Shown: positions 19,070 to 27,688 of the stretch, in pieces
Numbering within the stretch: the stretch's first letter is position 1
Layout: each line of letters starts with the position of its first letter
Assembly: GCF_000284455.1 (NCBI RefSeq)
Contig: NC_017039.1
Span: forward strand, 1,350,001-1,382,000
DNA length: 32,000 nt
Direction of reading: 5' to 3'
DNA from: Synechocystis sp. PCC 6803 substr. PCC-P
Lineage (GTDB): Bacteria > Cyanobacteriota > Cyanobacteriia > Cyanobacteriales > Microcystaceae
The notes under the pieces: model-generated
Told to the model about the DNA's origin: nothing
The model's input: the letters and a program-made list of their open reading frames with translations, nothing else
Database searches by the model: none
Program-made: the position numbers and the translations under genes

Positions 19070-19453
19070 ATGAAAACCGACAAAATTGGCTACCTTAATT
19101 CACTCAGTGAAGACACTGTTATTGATTGTGGTAATAACCATTCCTTTTACAAAATTAAAACTTTAATCGGTGAGTTTGTTAATTTCTTTAAAACTGTACC
19201 CTGGTGTAATAAAGATTATTTTTATAAAGCTTTTCAAGTTAGTCTGAAAGACCATAAATCAATCGATATTAAACCAGAAATTTTTACAGAAGAAGGTATA
19301 ATTGCTGAAATTATTGATCCTAAATTGGACAAACCGCTAAAGGGAAAATTTAGAATAATCTTTGCCCTGGAGTTTATCCCGGATGAGGTTCAAGATTCAG
19401 TTTCGGATTCTCCCCTCGATGAGATTCGTCGAGAAATAGAGCAAAGTAGCTGA
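19070..19453 (+). CDS. Small KGK-like protein, paralog 2 (127 aa)
   Basis: The product ends ...KPLKGKFRIIFALEFIPDEVQDSVSDSPLDEIRREIEQSS. It starts 24 nt after paralog 1. Confidence 0.7.
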   Translation: MKTDKIGYLNSLSEDTVIDCGNNHSFYKIKTLIGEFVNFFKTVPWCNKDYFYKAFQVSLKDHKSIDIKPEIFTEEGIIAEIIDPKLDKPLKGKFRIIFALEFIPDEVQDSVSDSPLDEIRREIEQSS

Positions 19454-19463
19454 GGACATTACC

Positions 19464-19760
19464 ATGGACAAAAGACAATTACTTAACCCTGAAGATGTAG
19501 TTTCAGTAACTGACTCCGACAAAATATGTATTAATCATAAAACTTTTACTGTTCAAGAATTACTAGGAGCCTTTTTGACAAAATGGTTCAATAGTGATAT
19601 AGGCAAAAGGTGGTTATTTGAAGGTACAGAGTGCCAATATCTTGCCCCCGGTAAGCTATGGAAAAAAGGAAAAATTAAAATAAGCCTTGAATTTATTCCC
19701 GATGAAGCGGAATCACCTCTCGATGAAATTCGTCGAGAAATGACCGAAAATCAATCTTAA
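19464..19760 (+). CDS. Small KGK-like protein, paralog 3 (98 aa)
   Basis: The product ends ...LWKKGKIKISLEFIPDEAESPLDEIRREMTENQS. It starts 10 nt after paralog 2. Its N-terminal half aligns with paralog 2 (C-x-NH-x2-F ... L-x-G-x-F). Confidence 0.7.
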   Translation: MDKRQLLNPEDVVSVTDSDKICINHKTFTVQELLGAFLTKWFNSDIGKRWLFEGTECQYLAPGKLWKKGKIKISLEFIPDEAESPLDEIRREMTENQS

Positions 19761-20119
19761 AAAATTTAGGGATAAAATCAGGGAGCTGAAATATTAAATA
19801 TTAACAAGTTGAGTTTAGAAATAGAGGTAACAGGCGTTTTTAAACTCTCAATTATGATTCACCATACTCCTGTAAAAAGCTGAGGAACTCGGCCGGGGCT
19901 AATCGGGCATCTGGGCCAGGGAGTCGGGCAATAAAGCCAGGATGGTTACCATGGCATTATTCTGGCTAACCCACAACAACCCTAATTATGGCGATCGCCT
20001 AGAATAGAAAACTGAAAGCGGTAATGGAGCCTGAAAATCCCTGATAGTTTTTCTCTGGGGATTGGTTTGCTGAAAAGAGCCTAATTTAATCATTTATTTT
20101 CAAATAATCTCGTTAAACT

Positions 20120-21313
20120 TTGCTAACTTCACTTTTTTTGCCCCTACGTCGTTGCTCCTCCGTTTTATGGGGGGGATTACTCCTCAGCACATTAATGTTA
20201 AGCAGTTGTGCACCGCCCGATCCCCTAGAACAAAAAAGTCAGCCCCCACCGCCCAAGGAAGAAAGTAGCCTCACCCTCAACAATGCCACCCTAGAGCAAG
20301 CCAATGCTAAAGGGCAAACTGTCTGGAAAATTCAGGTGGAGGAAGCTCGGTATAGCGTTGATGGGAAGAATGCCACCCTAGTGAACGTGAAAGGGGATTT
20401 TTACGAAAATGGCAAAGTGGTGCTCCAGGTGAAGGCGGATAAGGGAGAAATTATTGAAGACGGCAAAGCATTATTTCTACGGGAAAATATTGTTGCCCTT
20501 GACCCCCGTAATAAGGCAGTGTTGCGGGCCCAGGAAGTGGAGTGGCAAACGGAATCTAGCATTCTCACTGCTCGGCAAAATTTGAAAGGGGAACACCCTG
20601 ATTTGACCGTGACCGCCAAGGAAGGACGCTATGAAACCAAGGAAGAAAAGCTGATTGTGTCCGGCGATGTGGTGGCGGTGACAGAACACAATACCAAAGA
20701 CCAAAATCAACCCAAGGACCCCCGTCGCTTGGAACTCAAAACCGACAGAATTACCTGGGAAATTAAAAACAACCGGGTTTTTGGCGATCGCCCGTTGACC
20801 CTAGTGCGCTTTGTGGATAAAACTGCCACCGACGAAGTGAAAAGTAACCAAGCAGAATTGTTGCTGAAACAACAGTTGGTACATTTAGCAGGCTTAAATC
20901 AATTTAAATCCGTTGAACCGCCGTTGCAAATTGCCGCCGAACCCATTAGTTGGTCTTACCTAAACCGCTTTGTCTCCACCGATAATCCCATCACTATTGT
21001 GGATTATAAACAACAAATTACTGTGCGGGGTAACCGGGGAGCAGTCAATCTAGCCGACGGGATAGCTAAACTAGAGCAGGGCACTAATACTACGAGCCAG
21101 GAGCAACAATCCCAACTGTATGCCGATGAGTTAACTTACAATTTTGGTCCCCAAACGTTGCAGGCAAAAGGAAATATTATCTATGAACAACAAAAAGGAG
21201 TGAAATTTAACCTCACAGGGGATTTAGCCCAGGGATCTTTACCGGATAATAATGTGGTGGTAACTAGTACTAGCCCCGAAAGGGTAGTGACAGAGATTTT
21301 CCCCAATCAATAA
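20120..21313 (+). CDS. Periplasmic lipoprotein, LptC/OstA-like (tentative)
   Basis: It has a TTG start and a signal peptide with the lipobox LMLSSC. The rest is beta-rich with repeated segments (for example LEQANAKGQTVWKIQVEEARYS, KADKGEIIEDGKALFLRENI) that resemble LptC/LptA-fold proteins. The family call is from memory only. Confidence 0.4.
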   Translation: MLTSLFLPLRRCSSVLWGGLLLSTLMLSSCAPPDPLEQKSQPPPPKEESSLTLNNATLEQANAKGQTVWKIQVEEARYSVDGKNATLVNVKGDFYENGKVVLQVKADKGEIIEDGKALFLRENIVALDPRNKAVLRAQEVEWQTESSILTARQNLKGEHPDLTVTAKEGRYETKEEKLIVSGDVVAVTEHNTKDQNQPKDPRRLELKTDRITWEIKNNRVFGDRPLTLVRFVDKTATDEVKSNQAELLLKQQLVHLAGLNQFKSVEPPLQIAAEPISWSYLNRFVSTDNPITIVDYKQQITVRGNRGAVNLADGIAKLEQGTNTTSQEQQSQLYADELTYNFGPQTLQAKGNIIYEQQKGVKFNLTGDLAQGSLPDNNVVVTSTSPERVVTEIFPNQ

Positions 21314-21481
21314 AGCTAGTTATTAACTAAGCAAATTCGTAACGTTTACAACTCTAAGAGTCTGTTTTAAAAGCCCCTCTGGACGCCTAAATTTGGAAGA
21401 AAACTGAGTTAAAGTCCCCCATTATTGCCGGAGCTTTAGTGAGGAGATTTAGGGGGCAGAATGAAACTTTTCAAACACGTT

Positions 21482-24118
21482 CTAAAAGCCAAAAATATCT
21501 AACTGTTTAGCTTGATCTTCCGCTGCTTCAGCAGCCGCTTGACTAGCCATAACTTTACCCCGATTACCCTTACGTAAACCGACAGCAATTTTACTATGCT
21601 TTTCAATCTGGGCCATTACCTGGCGGGCCCTGGTAATCACTGAACTAGGCAATCCCGCTAAACGTCCCGCTTCAATGCCATAGGATTTATCGGCTCCCCC
21701 CGGTGTTACTTGGTGTAAAAAGATAATTTCCTCTGGCAATTCTTTCACCGTAACTTGAAAGTTAGCCACATTTTCCAGTAAAGAAGCCAACTCGTTTAAC
21801 TCATGGTAATGGGTAGCAAAAATTGTCCGGGCTTGGATTTCCCCCGCTAGATACTCCGCCACCGACCAGGCGATCGCCAAACCGTCAAAGGTGGCCGTGC
21901 CCCGGCCAATTTCATCCAGTAATACCAGGGATTTAGCCGTGGCATGGTTAAGAATATTGGCAGTTTCATTCATTTCCACCATAAAAGTAGACTGCCCCGT
22001 AGCTAGATCATCCACGGCCCCTACTCTGGTAAAAATACGGTCACAAATGCTCAGGGTCGCGGTTTTAGCAGGAATAAAGCTGCCGGTTTGGGCCATTAAC
22101 TGTATTAAGCCAACTTGACGCAAATAACAACTTTTGCCACTGGCGTTGGGCCCCGTCAAAATTACTAAATCAGGATGCCAATGGTCGTGGCCCAATTGGG
22201 TGTCGTTAGCAACAAAAAAACCTGCCCCAAGGGATTGTTCCACCACTGGATGGCGACCTGCTTCAATGTCAATTAAGCCTGGTTCCATTTGCATAATGGG
22301 ACGGCAATAACCCTGATAAACTGCCACTTCCGCTAGACCTGCCAACACATCGATCGCCGCTACGGCCTTGGCCACGTCCCGAATTGGTTGGGCTTTTTCT
22401 GCTACTGTGGCCCGCACTTCGGTAAAAATTTCATACTCCAATTGATTCAAGTCAGCTTGGGCGGTGAGAATACGGGTTTCCCGCTCTTTTAATTCCGGTG
22501 TAATGTATCTTTCTTCATTGACTAAAGTTTGTTTGCGAATGTAATTGTCTGGGGCCTGTTCCGATTTACTGCGGGGTAGACTTAAATAATAACCAAAGGC
22601 TTTGTTATAACCAACTTTTAAATTAGCAATACCAGTTTTTTCCCGCTCCGTTACTTCCAAATTAGCTAACCATTGATTATCATCTTCCAAACTTTGACGC
22701 ATTTCATCCAACGTCGGGTTAACACCACTACGAATTAAATTGCCTTCCCGAATATGTAAGGGGGGATTTTCCACAATGTGGGCTAACACATATTTGCCCA
22801 ATTCTTCCAACTCCGGCGGCACTGTCTGTAAGGCTTTTAAATAGGGGCTATGGCCTTCCTGAGCTAACTCAGCTAAATCCGTCAACCGCACCAAAGAAGA
22901 TGCTAAGCCATACACATCCCTAGCACTGGCGGTGTTGGCCCCAATTCGCCCCGTTAACCGTTCCAAATCGTAAATTTGCCGGAGCAATTGCCGCAAATCC
23001 TGACGCAAAGCGGGATGATGGTACAACTCTTGGATGGTGTCCTGGCGAGCTTGGATACCTTTGAGATCCAATAAAGGCTGCAATAACCAACGCCGCAAAG
23101 CCCGACTACCCATGGTGGTGCTGGTGCGATCTAAAGCCCACAGTAGGGAACCATGGAAACTACCATCCCGCACGGTTTGGTTAATTTCCAAGTTGCGTCG
23201 GGTTTGGTGATCCAAAACCAGAAAATCGGTTAAGCCATAGGTTTTTAATGGTTGAATGGGCACCACATGGGCTTTTTGGGTATCTTCGATATATTCCAAT
23301 AATCCCCCCGCCGCCCGGATTGCTAGGGGTAAACCTTCACAGCCCATGCCCTCCAAAGATTTAACTCGAAAAGTGGTTAGTAATCTCTGTTTTGCTTCCA
23401 CCAAGGAAAAGGGCGCTTGGGAACGGAGAGAATAACAAAAACTGGTGGGTAACTGTTTAGGAATATGCTCTGAAGGTTCCCCAGGGCGCAAAATATTGCG
23501 AATATCGGGGGCAGAGGTGGGTATCAATACTTCCGACGGTTGGAGTCGAAGTAATTCCACTGCTAGGTCATCCAAATTACTGGATTGGCACGTAAAAAAT
23601 TCCCCAGTGGAGATATCCGCATGGGCCAGGCCCCATTTATCCTCCACCATGGCGATCGCCGCCAGGAAATTATTCCGCTTGGCCGGAAGCATACTGTCAT
23701 CGGTCAAAGTGCCGGGGGTGAGTAACTTGGTCACCTGCCGTTCCACCATGCGTTTTTCTGCCTGGGCTTCCGCTGCATCCTCCACCTGGTCACAGATGGC
23801 CACCGCATAACCCTTTTCCACCAACTGCCGCGCATAGCGATCCAAGGCGTGGTGGGGTACCCCAGTCATGGCCACCCGGCCGATTTCCTTGCCCCCCTCT
23901 TTGCTAGTTAAAATCAGTTCCAATTCCCTAGCAATGATCACCGCATCCTGGAAAAAACACTCAAAAAAGTCCCCCACCCGGTAAAGCAACAAAGCCCCTT
24001 GATACTGTTCCTTAACCTCCGTGTAGTGCTGGAACATCGGCGTCAACTTCTGGCGATCGAGGGTGCGATAGTCCCGTTGGGGTTCTTTAACAGTGCCGAG
24101 GATCGGAGTATCAGTCAT
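21482..24118 (-). CDS. mutS: DNA mismatch repair protein MutS
   Basis: The N-terminal mismatch-binding region is [30 protein letters not shown]. Walker A is [10 protein letters not shown] and Walker B is [11 protein letters not shown], followed by FATHYHEL. The likely start is the ATG at 24116-24118 (MTDTPILG...). The track ORF extends to 24220. Confidence 0.93.
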   Translation of the reverse strand: MTDTPILGTVKEPQRDYRTLDRQKLTPMFQHYTEVKEQYQGALLLYRVGDFFECFFQDAVIIARELELILTSKEGGKEIGRVAMTGVPHHALDRYARQLVEKGYAVAICDQVEDAAEAQAEKRMVERQVTKLLTPGTLTDDSMLPAKRNNFLAAIAMVEDKWGLAHADISTGEFFTCQSSNLDDLAVELLRLQPSEVLIPTSAPDIRNILRPGEPSEHIPKQLPTSFCYSLRSQAPFSLVEAKQRLLTTFRVKSLEGMGCEGLPLAIRAAGGLLEYIEDTQKAHVVPIQPLKTYGLTDFLVLDHQTRRNLEINQTVRDGSFHGSLLWALDRTSTTMGSRALRRWLLQPLLDLKGIQARQDTIQELYHHPALRQDLRQLLRQIYDLERLTGRIGANTASARDVYGLASSLVRLTDLAELAQEGHSPYLKALQTVPPELEELGKYVLAHIVENPPLHIREGNLIRSGVNPTLDEMRQSLEDDNQWLANLEVTEREKTGIANLKVGYNKAFGYYLSLPRSKSEQAPDNYIRKQTLVNEERYITPELKERETRILTAQADLNQLEYEIFTEVRATVAEKAQPIRDVAKAVAAIDVLAGLAEVAVYQGYCRPIMQMEPGLIDIEAGRHPVVEQSLGAGFFVANDTQLGHDHWHPDLVILTGPNASGKSCYLRQVGLIQLMAQTGSFIPAKTATLSICDRIFTRVGAVDDLATGQSTFMVEMNETANILNHATAKSLVLLDEIGRGTATFDGLAIAWSVAEYLAGEIQARTIFATHYHELNELASLLENVANFQVTVKELPEEIIFLHQVTPGGADKSYGIEAGRLAGLPSSVITRARQVMAQIEKHSKIAVGLRKGNRGKVMASQAAAEAAEDQAKQLDIFGF

Positions 24119-24377
24119 GGAAAGGGAAAATTCTGTGGAGCAGCCTTTAATTGTATGAGATTTATCGAAAGCCATCATCAAACTAGTGCATTGATTAGTG
24201 CACTTAAGTCGGCAATCCATAGGAAAAAATATAGTAAATTTTTAGTAAAGTCTTGCCGTCATTGCAAAAGCACGTATTAGTATCGACGGGCGGTTTTATC
24301 GCCTTTTATTCTGTTACCATTACCATAAGAGTGTCTTCCTACGCAAATTTTATAGGATAAAAAAACACATAAGGCTT

Positions 24378-27300
24378 ATGGATTTTACTAAAATAAAGAG
24401 AATTGAAGAGAATTTAAACAGGCTTGAGGACTGTTCTGTTGATGAGTTAAAAGTTTTAACTGATGAACTGTTAGCTTCCATTTGTGAAACCTTAAATATT
24501 TCTCAGAGTTCTAACCTTATTTCAGCTTTATTTAATGAGCGAACAAGTACCAACCAAAAAAAACTAATAGCCGTATCTATGCTAAGAGCCTTATGCAGGA
24601 ATCAAAGCGTAGTTTGGAATCACAATAGTGTCACACTACGCAATAAAACATTTGATTTATTCGATGAGATTTTAGTGGATATTTATAAGCAGTTTCAGAT
24701 AGATATTAAATCAGATAAAGAAGAAAAAACATCAAAACTTCAAGAAATTGAAGGAAATTTAAATCGCAAGTTCTTTAATCTTGAACAATCAATTTGTGAC
24801 TTGAAGGATTTGGATAAATTCAAAAGCGACTTTATGCAATTTTTGTTTGCTGATAAAGTTAATAGCTTTATTTTTAGACAGTTTTCAGATGAAGATATCT
24901 TAAGTAAACCTAAAATACAATCACTATTTAAAATTCTTCAAGATTATCAAAAAAGCAATTCTGTTGAATCAAAAATCAACTATTATGACAATATAAAAAA
25001 TAGTTATCAGGAATTTATTGATCAATGTTCCAAACAATCAGAATTAGTTGAAACTTGTATTGGTAATTTTTTCAAGAGGCTACTTAATTTAGTTGATGAA
25101 GATTATACAAAGAGAGATGATATTGTTCCAACAATAATACGTGTAGAACTCATAAAGAAAAAATATCCTCTCCACATAAAAGACCAACTATTAAATATAG
25201 AAATTCAAGTGAATAATATAGGCAAAGGAAAAGCTTTTGATATTGAAGTTACTCTTGATGTAGATGATAGTTTATTGATGCTTTATGACCCTAAAATATA
25301 TATTGGAAATCTCGAGCCATTAGAATCTACACATCGGATATTTGAAGCCAAAATTCTTGTGCAGAAAAACAAAGAAAAACTAGAAGAAATTATCTTGGGT
25401 AGAGTTGATTGGTATAACTGCGACAAGACCAGGTGCCATGAAGAATTTAGTGGTGAGTTGCTTCCACAAAATACAGAACTAAACTGGGAAAAATTAAGTA
25501 AGGAAAAACCCTACAGTTTAGAGGCTATTTCTAAAGAAAACGATTTAATTGGTCGTTCAGAACAAATTAGACAGCTTGAAAATAAAATTTTCTCTGACGA
25601 ATTAGAATCTTCAATCATCTTTGGACAAAAGAGAGTTGGAAAAACATCAATTGCCAAAATCATTGAAAATAAGCTAAAAAAACATTCACTCTATACTGCA
25701 ATTTATATTTCAGTAGGTTCCCTTGATAAAAGTTCTCCCGAAAAATTCTTAAAATCTTTAGGGGAATATATTTATGAAGAAATCATTGATGATCAACCAT
25801 TCAATGAATATAAACTTCCAGGGTTTGAGTTTGAAGATTCAATTACACCTTTAGATAAATTATTTAGAAAAATACGAAAAATTGAACCCAATCACAAATT
25901 TGTGATTATTCTTGATGAGTTCGATGAAATTCCTTCTCAATTATACAAGCTGACGGATATCGGAGACAATTTTTTTCATAATATTAGAAGTTTAAGCAGT
26001 AACAATAATATTGGATTTATTTTAGTTGGCGGAGAGAATATGACGACAATCAATCAATCAACTGATAAATTAAATAAATTTGAATCCTTTCCAGTTGATT
26101 ATTTTGATAAAGGAAGATTTTGGAAAGACTTTCAAGACTTAGTATGCAAACCTGTTGAAGGAATAATAGAATTTACTGATAATGCAATATTAGAACTCTA
26201 TAAAATGACAGAAGGAAATCCATTTTTTACAAAATTAATATGTGGAAATATTTATAATATGGCTTGTGAAACCAGAAACGCTTATGTTTCTTATGAAGAA
26301 GTTACTAAAGCAATCTCAAAGAGTTTATCTTCCATTAATAGTAATAATGTTAATCATTTCTGGAAAGATGGAATTAAAGAAAGCGATCCAGTAGAAGTAG
26401 ACAAAATTGAAACTCAGAGACGAAAATTTTTAATTTCTTATGCTAGAGAAATTCGCTCAGGCAAGAACAGCTTCACAAAAGAAGTCGTTCTGAATAATAG
26501 CATATTAGACAAGACTGTAACAACAAAGGTATTTGAAAGTTTCGTCAATCGCAAAATTTTGATTGAGGAATCTGAAAACTATAGATTTAAGCCTTTATTC
26601 TTTGATAAATGGCTAACAAATGAAGGTTTTAACATCATTACATCTGAAGCTCTTGATGAGCAAGCTATTGAAGAATTAGAAAAAGAAGAGGACAGGGCTT
26701 ATGTTGAAGACACAGAAATTGTTGATTTATGTAAATCATGGGGAGAGATCGCAACATACAGAGCACAACAAATTACACCTCAACACATTCGCAGTTGGCT
26801 TGATCAATTTTCAAACAATATTGAAAAACGTCTTATGTTCATTCTATTGTTAAATTTAAAGTTTTATACACAAATAGAAGTTAGAGAAAAACTAGGAATC
26901 ATTCATAATGAGGTAAAAAAAGGATTGGTATACAAGCTTCCCAAAAATGCAAAAGGGGAAACAAAAACAAGAGAAGTTTTATTAAGTGCTTTTGGGAGTC
27001 CAACAAAAAGCGGTTCTACCTACTTAAGATTATATGCGACGGTAAATAATTTTTATCGTAGTAGTTCACATAATGTGTCTTTGTCTAAAATCAAAGAAGC
27101 TATTATCCAAGATAAAGAAATTCAAAGAATTGTTTTTATAGAAGATATAATTGGTTCTGGTCAATCAATCATTAGAGGGCTTGATACATTGAGTAATTTA
27201 TGTGGATCTCTGATAAAAGAACATAAAATTACAGTCTTTGTTGGTGCTATCTGTGGCTTTGAATCGGGCATAGAAAATATTGAAATAAAAGGAAATGAAT

Positions 27301-27572
27301 TACCTTTTAATGTCAAGGTATTTGTCTGCGATCATCTCACCGAACAAGATCAGTGTTTCAGTGAGAGTTCATCAATGTTTAATTCTTCTCAGGAAAGGAA
27401 TAAAGCAAAAGAAATTGCTTATACTTATGGCAGTAAACTTGTTAAAACAATGCCTTTAGGATACAAAGATAATCAGCTCCTAGTTTCTTTTTTTGAAACC
27501 TGTCCCAATAATAGCCTTCCCATATTATGGGCAGAGAAAAGTGATTGGAAAGCTATCTTTAGAAGAGACTGA
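24378..27572 (+). CDS. 1064-aa multidomain protein: N-terminal helical region, possible beta-sandwich, STAND/AAA-type P-loop NTPase and C-terminal phosphoribosyltransferase-like domain
   Basis: The LIGRSEQIRQLENKI lead-in precedes Walker A GQKRVGKT (25623-25646). Walker B is FVIILDEFDE (25899-25928). A GNPFFTKLI helix follows, as seen in ATPase_2/AAA_16-type STAND NTPases. The C-terminal motif IVFIEDIIGSGQS (27129-27167) fits the type-I PRTase PRPP loop: hydrophobic run, two acidic residues, hydrophobic, then a small-residue G-x-S/T turn. Residues ~250-345 (IEIQVNNIGKGKAFDIEVTLDV...GNLEPLES) look like a CARDB-type beta-sandwich. Confidence 0.7.
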   Translation: MDFTKIKRIEENLNRLEDCSVDELKVLTDELLASICETLNISQSSNLISALFNERTSTNQKKLIAVSMLRALCRNQSVVWNHNSVTLRNKTFDLFDEILVDIYKQFQIDIKSDKEEKTSKLQEIEGNLNRKFFNLEQSICDLKDLDKFKSDFMQFLFADKVNSFIFRQFSDEDILSKPKIQSLFKILQDYQKSNSVESKINYYDNIKNSYQEFIDQCSKQSELVETCIGNFFKRLLNLVDEDYTKRDDIVPTIIRVELIKKKYPLHIKDQLLNIEIQVNNIGKGKAFDIEVTLDVDDSLLMLYDPKIYIGNLEPLESTHRIFEAKILVQKNKEKLEEIILGRVDWYNCDKTRCHEEFSGELLPQNTELNWEKLSKEKPYSLEAISKENDLIGRSEQIRQLENKIFSDELESSIIFGQKRVGKTSIAKIIENKLKKHSLYTAIYISVGSLDKSSPEKFLKSLGEYIYEEIIDDQPFNEYKLPGFEFEDSITPLDKLFRKIRKIEPNHKFVIILDEFDEIPSQLYKLTDIGDNFFHNIRSLSSNNNIGFILVGGENMTTINQSTDKLNKFESFPVDYFDKGRFWKDFQDLVCKPVEGIIEFTDNAILELYKMTEGNPFFTKLICGNIYNMACETRNAYVSYEEVTKAISKSLSSINSNNVNHFWKDGIKESDPVEVDKIETQRRKFLISYAREIRSGKNSFTKEVVLNNSILDKTVTTKVFESFVNRKILIEESENYRFKPLFFDKWLTNEGFNIITSEALDEQAIEELEKEEDRAYVEDTEIVDLCKSWGEIATYRAQQITPQHIRSWLDQFSNNIEKRLMFILLLNLKFYTQIEVREKLGIIHNEVKKGLVYKLPKNAKGETKTREVLLSAFGSPTKSGSTYLRLYATVNNFYRSSSHNVSLSKIKEAIIQDKEIQRIVFIEDIIGSGQSIIRGLDTLSNLCGSLIKEHKITVFVGAICGFESGIENIEIKGNELPFNVKVFVCDHLTEQDQCFSESSSMFNSSQERNKAKEIAYTYGSKLVKTMPLGYKDNQLLVSFFETCPNNSLPILWAEKSDWKAIFRRD

Positions 27573-27688
27573 TTTTTTATGATTATCGTTTTATCAAAAA
27601 TTGGGAATTATTGTTAATCATGTGCGTTTGTCGTGCGAGTATTTTACCAGCTATTTGCTAACCAAACCGCAAAAATCTAGATGATTGT

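Noticed and set aside
19007-19741. A 20-nt sequence repeated three times at ~300-410 nt spacing, considered as a possible CRISPR-like or regulatory repeat
   Set aside because: Each copy lies in-frame at the same position (the ...LDEIRREI tail) of three paralogous ORFs. The spacing is far too large and irregular for CRISPR. The repeats reflect protein-level conservation or gene conversion and are reported as such.
24285-27600. Shared 8-mer gttttatc on both sides of the 1064-aa gene (~24293 and ~27586), considered as target-site duplication
   Set aside because: An 8-nt match in two AT-rich spacers is expected by chance. No inverted repeats, integrase or transposase accompany it.
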